A DNA stretch of 32,000 nucleotides from an uncultured Gammaproteobacteria bacterium (GTDB lineage Bacteria; Patescibacteriota; Patescibacteriia; UBA2591; UBA6264), in contig CAZDOL010000006.1 in NCBI GenBank assembly GCA_964507075.1, positions 1 through 32,000 of the forward strand, in the 5' to 3' direction. Below are positions 6,480-14,048 of the stretch, one piece after another. How positions within the stretch are numbered: position 1 is the stretch's first letter; every line of letters begins with the position of its first letter. A program made the position numbers and the translations under genes. The notes beneath the pieces were generated by a model. The model was given only the letters and a program-made list of their open reading frames with translations. It was not told where the DNA came from and did not search any database.

Positions 6480-7124
6480 ATGAAAAAAGAAAGGAAACAA
6501 AAGACATTAAGCTGTTTTATGGTAGAAGAAGAACTGTTAGAAAGAGGTATTTTGATATTCTCTCCTTTAGAATTTAGACAAATTTTTAATGTATCACGTG
6601 ATAGTGCTACTTTTTTTATAAACTATAATCTGAAGAAAGGATTTTTTATTAAATTAAAAAATGGCTTTTATGCCCTTAAACATCACTTCCCTTCCGAATT
6701 TGAAATTGCTAATAGAATTTATTCGCCGTCTTATGTTTCGTTGGAATACGCAATGATGTATCATCATATTATCGCAGAAACAGTTTATTCTGTGACCTCG
6801 GTTACGACAAAAACAACTCGCAAATTTATTGTTAATAATGTATCTTATTCATATAATAAAATCAAAAAAATAGCTTTTACTGGTTATACAAAACAAACGC
6901 TAGACAAGAATATCGTCCTGATAGCTGAACCAGAAAAAGCTTTTATTGACTATCTTTATTTTGTTTCTCTCGGGAAAAAAGCTATCTATGATCGCATAGA
7001 TGTTAGTGGTTTAAAAAAGAAAAAGTTGCTTCATTATGCTAAATTGTTTGAAAAAATTTCGTTGATAAAATTATTAAACGATGTTTATGATAAAAGAAGA
7101 AGAGATAAAGAGATTATCTATTAG
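6480..7124 (+). CDS. abiEi: AbiEi-like antitoxin / transcriptional regulator
   Basis: 214-aa ORF directly upstream of an AbiEii-type gene and overlapping it by 44 nt. An N-terminal wHTH-like segment is present. The call rests on position and size more than on strong motifs. Confidence 0.65.
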   Translation: MKKERKQKTLSCFMVEEELLERGILIFSPLEFRQIFNVSRDSATFFINYNLKKGFFIKLKNGFYALKHHFPSEFEIANRIYSPSYVSLEYAMMYHHIIAETVYSVTSVTTKTTRKFIVNNVSYSYNKIKKIAFTGYTKQTLDKNIVLIAEPEKAFIDYLYFVSLGKKAIYDRIDVSGLKKKKLLHYAKLFEKISLIKLLNDVYDKRRRDKEIIY

Positions 7125-7815
7125 GGCCCAAACGAACCCTCAAATCATTGCCAGAGAATATGCACAACATAATTGCTTGTCCGAATTATATAGATTAAAA
7201 GGATCTGAAAATCTTTTATTTAAGGGAGGAACTGCTTTAAGAATCATATATCAAAGCCCGAGATTTTCCGAAGATTTAGATTTTACTGGCATAAATGGCA
7301 TCAGTTATCTTGAAATTGAAAATATTCTAACCAATACACTAAAAAATCTATCTGATTGGGGATTTAATATTGAGATTGATGAAGCCAAAAAAACAACTGG
7401 TGGATATTTAGCTAAAACAGTATTATCATTTTTAACATTTAAGATATTACTTAAAATGGAAATATCTTTCCGCCAAAATAGACAAAAGGTTGTAAAAGAA
7501 ATTTCAAGCATTGCGAATGAATATATTCCTAATTATGATATTATCCATCTTCCTCAAGAAGAAATAATAAATGGAAAAATAAGCGCTCTACTTGATAGGT
7601 CTAAGCCACGTGATTGGTATGACCTCTATTTCTTCCTTCGTCAGGGAATGCTCACCCCTAAACAAAAAAAGATATTGCCAAAAATTCTATCTGAACTTGA
7701 AAAGATAAAAATGGATTTTAAAAAAGAATTAAAAGAATTTCTCCCCTATAGCCATCAAATAATTATCAAAGATTTTAGGAATACTTTATCAAAAGAAATT
7801 AAAAAAAATTACTAA
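7081..7815 (+). CDS. abiEii: AbiEii/AbiGii-family (DUF1814) nucleotidyltransferase toxin
   Basis: LLFKGGTALRIIYQSPRFSEDLDFT is the family signature. A C-terminal KPRDWYDLYFF motif is also present. Confidence 0.85.
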   Translation: MFMIKEEEIKRLSIRAQTNPQIIAREYAQHNCLSELYRLKGSENLLFKGGTALRIIYQSPRFSEDLDFTGINGISYLEIENILTNTLKNLSDWGFNIEIDEAKKTTGGYLAKTVLSFLTFKILLKMEISFRQNRQKVVKEISSIANEYIPNYDIIHLPQEEIINGKISALLDRSKPRDWYDLYFFLRQGMLTPKQKKILPKILSELEKIKMDFKKELKEFLPYSHQIIIKDFRNTLSKEIKKNY

Positions 7816-7825
7816 TCTGATAACA

Positions 7826-8260
7826 ATGAAGGTCAAAAGATTACCGTTTAAAGAATATAAAAAAATCTATTCCACTGTGCCTCGACTATGTGTCGAGGTA
7901 GTTTTATTAACAAATAAAGGAATAGCTTTAACCAAAAGAGATATTCCCCCAGCTATCGGCAAGTGGCATATCCCTGGAGGCACAGTATTAAAAGGAGAAA
8001 ATCTGGAGAAAGCAGTAAAAAGGTTAGCTAAAGAAGAACTTGAAGAAAATATGGAAGTTCAAAAAATGCTTGGCGTAATTGAATATAACTTTACTAAATA
8101 TTTTGACCAACCAGTTGGTATCGCCTTTTTAGTAAAATTAAAGAATAAAAATTTACCGAGCAGTAAAGATAAAAAATATAAATTGTTTAAAGATATGCCC
8201 CAGAATATGATAAAAGCGCAGAGAGATTTTATAATAAAGCATAAAGATGAATTAATATAA
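7826..8260 (+). CDS. Nudix hydrolase, GDP-mannose mannosyl hydrolase (Gmm/WcaH/NudD)-like
   Basis: The Nudix box GKWHIPGGTVLKGENLEKAVKRLAKEEL closely parallels my recollection of E. coli Gmm ([28 protein letters not shown]), including the non-canonical R-L-x-x-x-E-L. It starts 10 nt after the abiEii stop codon. Confidence 0.65.
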   Translation: MKVKRLPFKEYKKIYSTVPRLCVEVVLLTNKGIALTKRDIPPAIGKWHIPGGTVLKGENLEKAVKRLAKEELEENMEVQKMLGVIEYNFTKYFDQPVGIAFLVKLKNKNLPSSKDKKYKLFKDMPQNMIKAQRDFIIKHKDELI

Positions 8261-8304
8261 AATACTAGTTATCCACAATTAATTTATTGACTTTTATCCT
8301 CTTT

Positions 8305-8366
8305 TGTAGTAAGTTAGTACCAGTTTACGACAAAACCTGTAGTAAATTAGTACCAGTTTACGACAA
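8305..8366 (+). repeat. Two 29-bp direct repeats (period 33 bp) upstream of the AAA ATPase gene
   Basis: TGTAGTAAGTTAGTACCAGTTTACGACAA (8305-8333) and TGTAGTAAATTAGTACCAGTTTACGACAA (8338-8366) differ at 1 position. A possible -35, TTGACT, lies at 8287-8292. Confidence 0.8.
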
Positions 8367-8379
8367 TTAACTAAAATTT

Positions 8380-9717
8380 ATGTTTTTAAATAGAAAAATA
8401 AATAAACATCTTCTATCCTGGAAAAATGCAAAAAATAGAAAACCACTAGTTATTAAGGGTGCTAGACAGGTTGGCAAGACTTCTATTGTTTTAAATTTTG
8501 CAAAAAAAGAATTCAATAATACTATTTATATTAATCTAGAAAAATCTGAACATTTGAAATATCTCCAAAATCCAATTTCGTTAGAAGAGTTCAAAAAAAT
8601 TATTAAAATTAATTTTCAACAAAATATAATTCCTGGCAAAACATTAATATTTCTTGATGAAATACAAAATTGCCCTTCTCTAATAAAACTTTTAAGATTC
8701 TTTAAAGAAGAATGGCCAAAAATTCATGTTATCGCCACAGGCTCTTTATTAGAGGTTATGCTTAAAAAACAAGGACTTTCGATATCCGTAGGTAGAGTAG
8801 AATATATTTATTTATATCCTTTGGATTTTTTTGAATACTTAGATGCTAAAAAAGAAAAAGAGCTTTTAAAATTCCTAAAAAATATTCAATTAGGGGAAAA
8901 AATTCCTTTAGCAATCCATCAAAGAACCATGAATATATTTCATGAATATACTATGATTGGAGGAATGCCTGAAATTGTAAAATTATTTTTAGAAGGAGTT
9001 ACAGCTGAAAAGTTAGAATCTATATATTCTTCACTTCTCGCAGGATACAAAGAAGATGTATACAAATATTCATCTGTTGCGAATGCTAAATATCTCAAAT
9101 ATGCTATTGAAAATGCACCATATTTTGCTGGGAATATTATTTCATATAAAAAATTTGGACAATTAGACATTAAAAGTAGAGAAATAAAAACAGCTTTTGA
9201 GCTCTTAAAAGATGCAATGATGCTTTCCCCTATTCCAGCGACACAATCGGTAGAGATACCATTGATTCCTAAAGAAAAAAAATCTAAAAAAATAATTTTT
9301 TTAGATGTGGGTTTAGTTAACCATCAAATGGGGATATTAAAAGAATATTTAAATATTAAGAATCTTAACTCTTTCTATAAAGGAAGGATAGCAGAACAAA
9401 TAGTTGGGCAAAATATTTTATCTCAATTTACACACTCTCCAGCCAAACTTTTTTACTGGGGGAAAGACAAGGAAAAGAGTAAAGCAGAGGTTGACTTTTG
9501 CCTAAATAAGAATGGGACGTTAATGGGAATAGAAGTAAAATCTGGGAAAACAGGAAGATTGAGGTCTCTGCATCAATTCGCTCAAGAAGTAAAAAATAAA
9601 CAAATTGTAAGAATATATAGTGGAGAATTTAAAAAAGAAAAAATTAAAATTAAAAATATAGAAAACGAACTAATTTCTATCCCCTTCTATCTAATTCCTC
9701 GTATTAAGGAATTATAA
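8380..9717 (+). CDS. AAA-family ATPase with a DUF4143-type C-terminal domain
   Basis: Walker A is GARQVGKTS and Walker B is LIFLDEIQ. A C-terminal restriction-endonuclease-like EVDFCL...GIEVKSGK motif is present. Confidence 0.85.
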   Translation: MFLNRKINKHLLSWKNAKNRKPLVIKGARQVGKTSIVLNFAKKEFNNTIYINLEKSEHLKYLQNPISLEEFKKIIKINFQQNIIPGKTLIFLDEIQNCPSLIKLLRFFKEEWPKIHVIATGSLLEVMLKKQGLSISVGRVEYIYLYPLDFFEYLDAKKEKELLKFLKNIQLGEKIPLAIHQRTMNIFHEYTMIGGMPEIVKLFLEGVTAEKLESIYSSLLAGYKEDVYKYSSVANAKYLKYAIENAPYFAGNIISYKKFGQLDIKSREIKTAFELLKDAMMLSPIPATQSVEIPLIPKEKKSKKIIFLDVGLVNHQMGILKEYLNIKNLNSFYKGRIAEQIVGQNILSQFTHSPAKLFYWGKDKEKSKAEVDFCLNKNGTLMGIEVKSGKTGRLRSLHQFAQEVKNKQIVRIYSGEFKKEKIKIKNIENELISIPFYLIPRIKEL

Positions 9718-9723
9718 ATATAT

Positions 9724-10464
9724 ATGATATTGTTTAAAATAATTCAACAATTTTTATTACCAAGTGTTTTTTTATTTGTGATTATTCTTATTGGTTTTCT
9801 TTTTCTGTTAAAAAGGAAAAAAATCGGCACAGTGTTTATTGTCCTTGGCCTCATATTATATTACCTCTTCTCTATCTCCCCTATCTCAGACTTAATTATT
9901 GCTCCTTTAGAGAATAAGTATCAACAAATAGAAGATGAGCAAGCATTGAGAGCTAATAAAGCTATTCTACTCTTGGGCGGGCCAGAAAGCGATATTCTAA
10001 GAGGAACAGAAGCAATAAGATTATCTATATTAAACCCAGAATTACAAATTATTATCACTGGTCAAAATTTTCTCAGCCAGGAAAAAAATCAAGCTTTAAA
10101 ATTAAAAAATCACTTAATTTCCCAGGGAATAAAAGCTGAAAATATACTATTAGAAAAGGAGTCAAGAACTACCGGAGAAAGCGCTAAAAACATCAAAATA
10201 ATGATAGAAACAGAAGAATTTTTCCTAATAACATCTGGATATCATATGCCTCGTTCTATATATTTATTCCAAAAAGAAAAAACCAATCCCCTCCCTGCTC
10301 CAACCGATTTCAAGGTCTATAAAAGCTTTAATAAAGAAAAATGGGGATTAAGATACAATAACTATAATCTATTAGATTTCTTCCCTTGCGCTCAGAATTT
10401 AAGAAATGTTAGCCTGGCTTTTCATGAATACTTTGGACTTTTATATAGCCAGTTTGTAGATTGA
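9724..10464 (+). CDS. DUF218 / YdcF-ElyC-family membrane protein
   Basis: Two N-terminal TM segments and the characteristic ITSGYHMPRS motif. It starts 6 nt after the ATPase stop codon. Confidence 0.75.
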   Translation: MILFKIIQQFLLPSVFLFVIILIGFLFLLKRKKIGTVFIVLGLILYYLFSISPISDLIIAPLENKYQQIEDEQALRANKAILLLGGPESDILRGTEAIRLSILNPELQIIITGQNFLSQEKNQALKLKNHLISQGIKAENILLEKESRTTGESAKNIKIMIETEEFFLITSGYHMPRSIYLFQKEKTNPLPAPTDFKVYKSFNKEKWGLRYNNYNLLDFFPCAQNLRNVSLAFHEYFGLLYSQFVD

Positions 10465-10488
10465 CAATAGGGTCTGTTGTGATAAAAT
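10461..10488 (+). promoter_or_regulatory. Sigma70-type promoter with an extended -10 for the small-protein pair
   Basis: TTGACA (10461-10466, overlapping the DUF218 stop codon), a 16-nt spacer, then TGaTAAAAT (-10 at 10483-10488). Confidence 0.55.
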
Positions 10489-10515
10489 AATTGATGTGTT
10501 TTAATTGACGAAAAA

Positions 10516-10854
10516 ATGAAAATTATTAAAGACAAAATTTCAATCCAAGAATTGAAAGAAATGGCCAAAAATATGTTTGGCGATTTAGTAAAAGCAGTAG
10601 TTGATGTGGAAAAAAGGATTATCGCCATTGATGCTGAATTACACTCTGACGAAGAAGCGGCATTAATTGAGGACGGTTCCCAACAAGAAAATCTTTGGGG
10701 AATCAATATTTATCCTGAAAATCAAGAAAAGCTAATTGAATTTGATTCAATGATCAACTTGCGTCCATCTCAAGGAAATCGCAGTAGAGGGGTAGATAAT
10801 CCAGAAATTCAAAAATTAATTATTGAAATAGTTAATGAGATAATTATAAAATGA
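10516..10854 (+). CDS. Small conserved hypothetical protein (DUF5674-like by recall)
   Basis: 112-aa ORF. Its stop codon overlaps the next gene's start codon (ATGA at 10851-10854). Confidence 0.5.
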   Translation: MKIIKDKISIQELKEMAKNMFGDLVKAVVDVEKRIIAIDAELHSDEEAALIEDGSQQENLWGINIYPENQEKLIEFDSMINLRPSQGNRSRGVDNPEIQKLIIEIVNEIIIK

Positions 10855-11183
10855 AATATCAACACCAAGAATTAGCTTCTGGTAAGTGGAGTAAATTAAC
10901 ATTTATAGAGCAAATGGCTAATATAGGAAGTGAGGTCGGAAGAACGATTACCTGGAAGAATCAAGACAAACCAAATTACAGCGAAAGAGCCTTTGAGCGC
11001 GCTTTAGAGCTTTTGCATCTCACTATAGCAGATATTAAGAATAAACATCATTTAAGGGGTCTGACGCGTCTCCGCGAAGCATTAATAGATTACTTCAGCT
11101 TTGATAATGAATTTAAATCATCTGACAAATTATGGCAAAATTACTTCTACGCCTTTAATTTTGCAGCCAGGCGTAATTGTTAA
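10851..11183 (+). CDS. Small helical hypothetical protein, translationally coupled partner
   Basis: 110-aa ORF with a 4-nt ATGA overlap with the upstream gene. I recognise no secure family. Confidence 0.5.
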   Translation: MKYQHQELASGKWSKLTFIEQMANIGSEVGRTITWKNQDKPNYSERAFERALELLHLTIADIKNKHHLRGLTRLREALIDYFSFDNEFKSSDKLWQNYFYAFNFAARRNC

Positions 11184-11210
11184 ATAAAATAATAAATATA
11201 ATAAAAAAAT

Positions 11211-12248
11211 ATGGATAATAACGAAAATAAAAACTATGACAATATTCATTTAAACCAAAACCGACCTCAATATTCAGGTCTTCCTAAAGAAGAAAAACCA
11301 AAAAACGAAGAAAAAAAACATCAAGAACATCATACAGACGAGGATGAAATTGATTTAAGGGACTATATCAATGTGCTTTTAAAAAGAAAATGGCAAATCG
11401 CCATAATCTTTGGAATTGCTGTAGTTATAGCTGGCATAATCAGTTTCTCAATGCCACTAACATTTGAAGCTAGTAATTTAGTGAAGGTTGGAAGCATTAA
11501 AAAAATACAATTACAGAACATAGATGATATTAAATCAGTTTTTAGAAGAGAAACTGTTTTGCAACAAATAAGAACAAAATTACAAGAACCGTTAGGACTA
11601 ACTGAAACAACAACTGGAACCATCTCCGAAATGTTTAGTATTAAAGAGGGAGAGAATGACGGTGATCAATCTGTTTTTATTGAAATTGACGGTAGAGCTC
11701 AAACTCCAGAAGAAGCTGTGGAGGTTGTTAATGCAGTTACAGACATATTATTAACCTATCATGGGAATATTTTTGCTGGAGCAGAAAAAACTTTTGATGT
11801 TGAAATGGAAACAATCACTAAGAGTAAAGAAAAATGTCAAAAAGATATTGTGAAAATCACCACTGATATTGCCAGAGTGAATTCTGATATATTAAAATAC
11901 GAAACAGAAATAAATCAAAGATCTAGCGCTTCTACTGAAGGACAGGGAAGAATAGCTGAAAGCTACATCAATCTTTTAGCTGAAACCAAAGATCAGAAAG
12001 AAAATAAGGAAGCTCAACTATTAAATTTAGAACAAAGATTAGTTATGTTAGATCAAGAGATACAAGTAAAAGAAAATGAAAGAATATATGAAACTAGATC
12101 TACTGAAGTTGAGGTTCCAGCGATTCCACCTGAAACCAGGATTGCCCCTAATAGAAAGCAAAATGTAATAATTGCTGGTATTCTGGGAATATTCATTGGC
12201 GTTCTTTACGCCTTTGCAGCTGAATATTTCAGTAAAGAAAAAGCATAA
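11211..12248 (+). CDS. Wzz/polysaccharide co-polymerase (chain-length determinant)-like protein
   Basis: The N-terminus has IDLRDYINVLLKRKWQI followed by TM1. A long coiled periplasmic-type region follows. A proline-rich PAIPPETRIAPNRK motif precedes the C-terminal TM. Confidence 0.7.
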   Translation: MDNNENKNYDNIHLNQNRPQYSGLPKEEKPKNEEKKHQEHHTDEDEIDLRDYINVLLKRKWQIAIIFGIAVVIAGIISFSMPLTFEASNLVKVGSIKKIQLQNIDDIKSVFRRETVLQQIRTKLQEPLGLTETTTGTISEMFSIKEGENDGDQSVFIEIDGRAQTPEEAVEVVNAVTDILLTYHGNIFAGAEKTFDVEMETITKSKEKCQKDIVKITTDIARVNSDILKYETEINQRSSASTEGQGRIAESYINLLAETKDQKENKEAQLLNLEQRLVMLDQEIQVKENERIYETRSTEVEVPAIPPETRIAPNRKQNVIIAGILGIFIGVLYAFAAEYFSKEKA

Positions 12249-12268
12249 AACATAATGACTAACAAAAA

Positions 12269-12303
12269 GGGACAGTCCCCGTTCGGGGACAGTCCCTTTT
12301 TTT
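12269..12303. terminator. Bidirectional intrinsic terminator between the convergent wzz-like gene and recA
   Basis: AAAAA-GGGACAGTCCCC-gttc-GGGGACAGTCCC-TTTTTTT. The 12-bp stem has one central A-A mismatch. An A-run lies 5' and a T-run 3', so it reads as a terminator on both strands. An extra GGGGACAGTCCCC lies at 12310-12322. Confidence 0.8.
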
Positions 12304-12324
12304 ATTAATGGGGACAGTCCCCTA

Positions 12325-13341
12325 TTATTGTTCTTTAATGGCTTGTAATATTTTTCCCTTCAATTCTTTGGCTAATTTGGGGTCATCTCTTAATGCTTTT
12401 TTTGAATTTTCCCAACCCACTCCTAATTTAATCTTTTCATAACTCAAAGTATTACCTAACTTTTTAACTAAACCATATTTAGCTCCTAAATTAAGCAAAT
12501 CCCCTTCCCAAGAAATGCCCTGGTCATACATAATTTCAAACTCACAGGTCTTAAACGGAGGGGCAACTTTATTCTTGGCAATTTTAGCTTTAACCTTATT
12601 CCCAATTACTTCATCACCCTTTTTAATTTGAGCTAAACGTTTAAGTTCAATTCTAACTGAAGAATAAAATTTTAAAGCCAAGCCACCAGTTGTTGTTTCT
12701 GGGTTTCCAAAAAATACACCTATCTTCATTCTGATTTGATTTATAAAAATAACTGATGTATGAGTCTTGCTCACAATGCTGGTTAATTTCCTTAAGGCCT
12801 GACTCATCAAGCGTGCTTGTAAACCCATATGTGAGTCGCCCATTTCTCCTTCAATCTCTTTTCTGGGGGTTAAAGCGGCTACTGAATCAATAACAATAAC
12901 ATCAACTCCATTAGAACGCACCAAAGTTTCTACTATTTCTAGGGCCTGTTCGCCCGTATCTGGTTGAGAAATTAATAAATCATTAATATTCACGCCAATT
13001 TTTTTAGCATATTCTGGGTCTAAAGCATGCTCGGCGTCAACAAAAGCAGCTACTCCACCTTTTTTTTGTGATTGAGCTATGATATGAAGAGCTAAGGTGC
13101 TTTTGCCACTCATTTCCTTGCCGAATATTTCAATAACCCTTCCTTTGGGCACGCCCCCTATTCCTAAAGCTACATCCAAAGAAAGACATCCTGTAGAAAT
13201 ACACTCAACTTCCATTTTCTTGGCTTCTTTTAATCTCATTATAGAACCCTCTCCGAATCTTTCTTTAATTTGATTGATAGCCACTTCTGTCGCCTTTTGA
13301 CGGTCAGTAAGTGGTTTTTCTTTTTTTGTTTTTGAAACCAT
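12325..13341 (-). CDS. recA: Recombinase RecA
   Basis: 338 aa with the P-loop GKEMSGKST and [11 protein letters not shown]. Full-length family resemblance. Confidence 0.97.
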   Translation of the reverse strand: MVSKTKKEKPLTDRQKATEVAINQIKERFGEGSIMRLKEAKKMEVECISTGCLSLDVALGIGGVPKGRVIEIFGKEMSGKSTLALHIIAQSQKKGGVAAFVDAEHALDPEYAKKIGVNINDLLISQPDTGEQALEIVETLVRSNGVDVIVIDSVAALTPRKEIEGEMGDSHMGLQARLMSQALRKLTSIVSKTHTSVIFINQIRMKIGVFFGNPETTTGGLALKFYSSVRIELKRLAQIKKGDEVIGNKVKAKIAKNKVAPPFKTCEFEIMYDQGISWEGDLLNLGAKYGLVKKLGNTLSYEKIKLGVGWENSKKALRDDPKLAKELKGKILQAIKEQ

Positions 13342-13353
13342 ATTTTTAATGTA

Positions 13354-14001
13354 TTATTCTTGTAAAATTATTTGACGAAAAATTATTTTCTCTTGAGAGT
13401 GTTTTTTCTTAGCTGAAACTTTAATGGTGTTCAAGCCAGGCAATAATTTTATTTCCTGTTCAAAATTTCCATCATTAATTTGTTCAATTGGTTGATCATT
13501 TATAAAAACATCCGCTCCCAAATCAGCACGACCAGCAATTATTAGATACGACTCAGTGGTCACTAAATCCTGAGAAGGACTTAAAACCTCTAAATCAGAC
13601 GTGAAAAGAACTCTTTTAATGCTAAATCCAACATATAAAAAAATCAATAATGTAACGATTCCAATAAAATAAGTTTTAATATTAAAAATGCCCTGAGATC
13701 GATTTTTAATTCCTAATATGCTTGGAATTTCCGTATTTGAACTTTGACTAAACTCTTTTCGCCACTTCTCAATTATCTTAGAAGGATTTAATTTTAAAAA
13801 TTCAGCATATCGTTCTAAAAAACCCTTAGTATAAGTAGACCCTGGCAATTTATAAAAATCATCTGCCTCTAGATATTCTAAATATTTCTTGGCAATGCCA
13901 GTCTTTTTTTCGGCATCTTTCAGGGTCCATTTATGACTTTGACGCGCTTCTTTCAAAATACCACCAATAGTGCTTTGAGGAATTGACTTGGATAAAAACA
14001 T
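13354..14001 (-). CDS. RodZ-like HTH membrane protein
   Basis: N-terminal Xre-type HTH (WTLKDAEKKTGIAKKYLEYLE), a single TM segment, and a C-terminal beta-rich domain. Confidence 0.65.
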   Translation of the reverse strand: MFLSKSIPQSTIGGILKEARQSHKWTLKDAEKKTGIAKKYLEYLEADDFYKLPGSTYTKGFLERYAEFLKLNPSKIIEKWRKEFSQSSNTEIPSILGIKNRSQGIFNIKTYFIGIVTLLIFLYVGFSIKRVLFTSDLEVLSPSQDLVTTESYLIIAGRADLGADVFINDQPIEQINDGNFEQEIKLLPGLNTIKVSAKKKHSQEKIIFRQIILQE

Positions 14002-14004
14002 AAA

Positions 14005-14048
14005 ACATTAGAACATTAGAACATTAGAACATTAGAACATTAGAACAT
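14005..14048. repeat. Octanucleotide microsatellite (ACATTAGA) x5.5 filling the ftsK to rodZ-like gap
   Basis: Five perfect tandem units lie at 14005-14044, plus a partial unit. The repeat spans essentially the whole 47-nt gap between the ftsK stop codon (14049-14051) and the next start codon (13999-14001). Confidence 0.95.

Noticed and set aside
12249-12324. dif/XerCD recombination site at the strand-convergence point
   Set aside because: I could not find a 28-bp site with two 11-bp arms around a 6-bp core resembling known dif consensus sequences here. The GGGGACAGTCCCC palindrome does not match.
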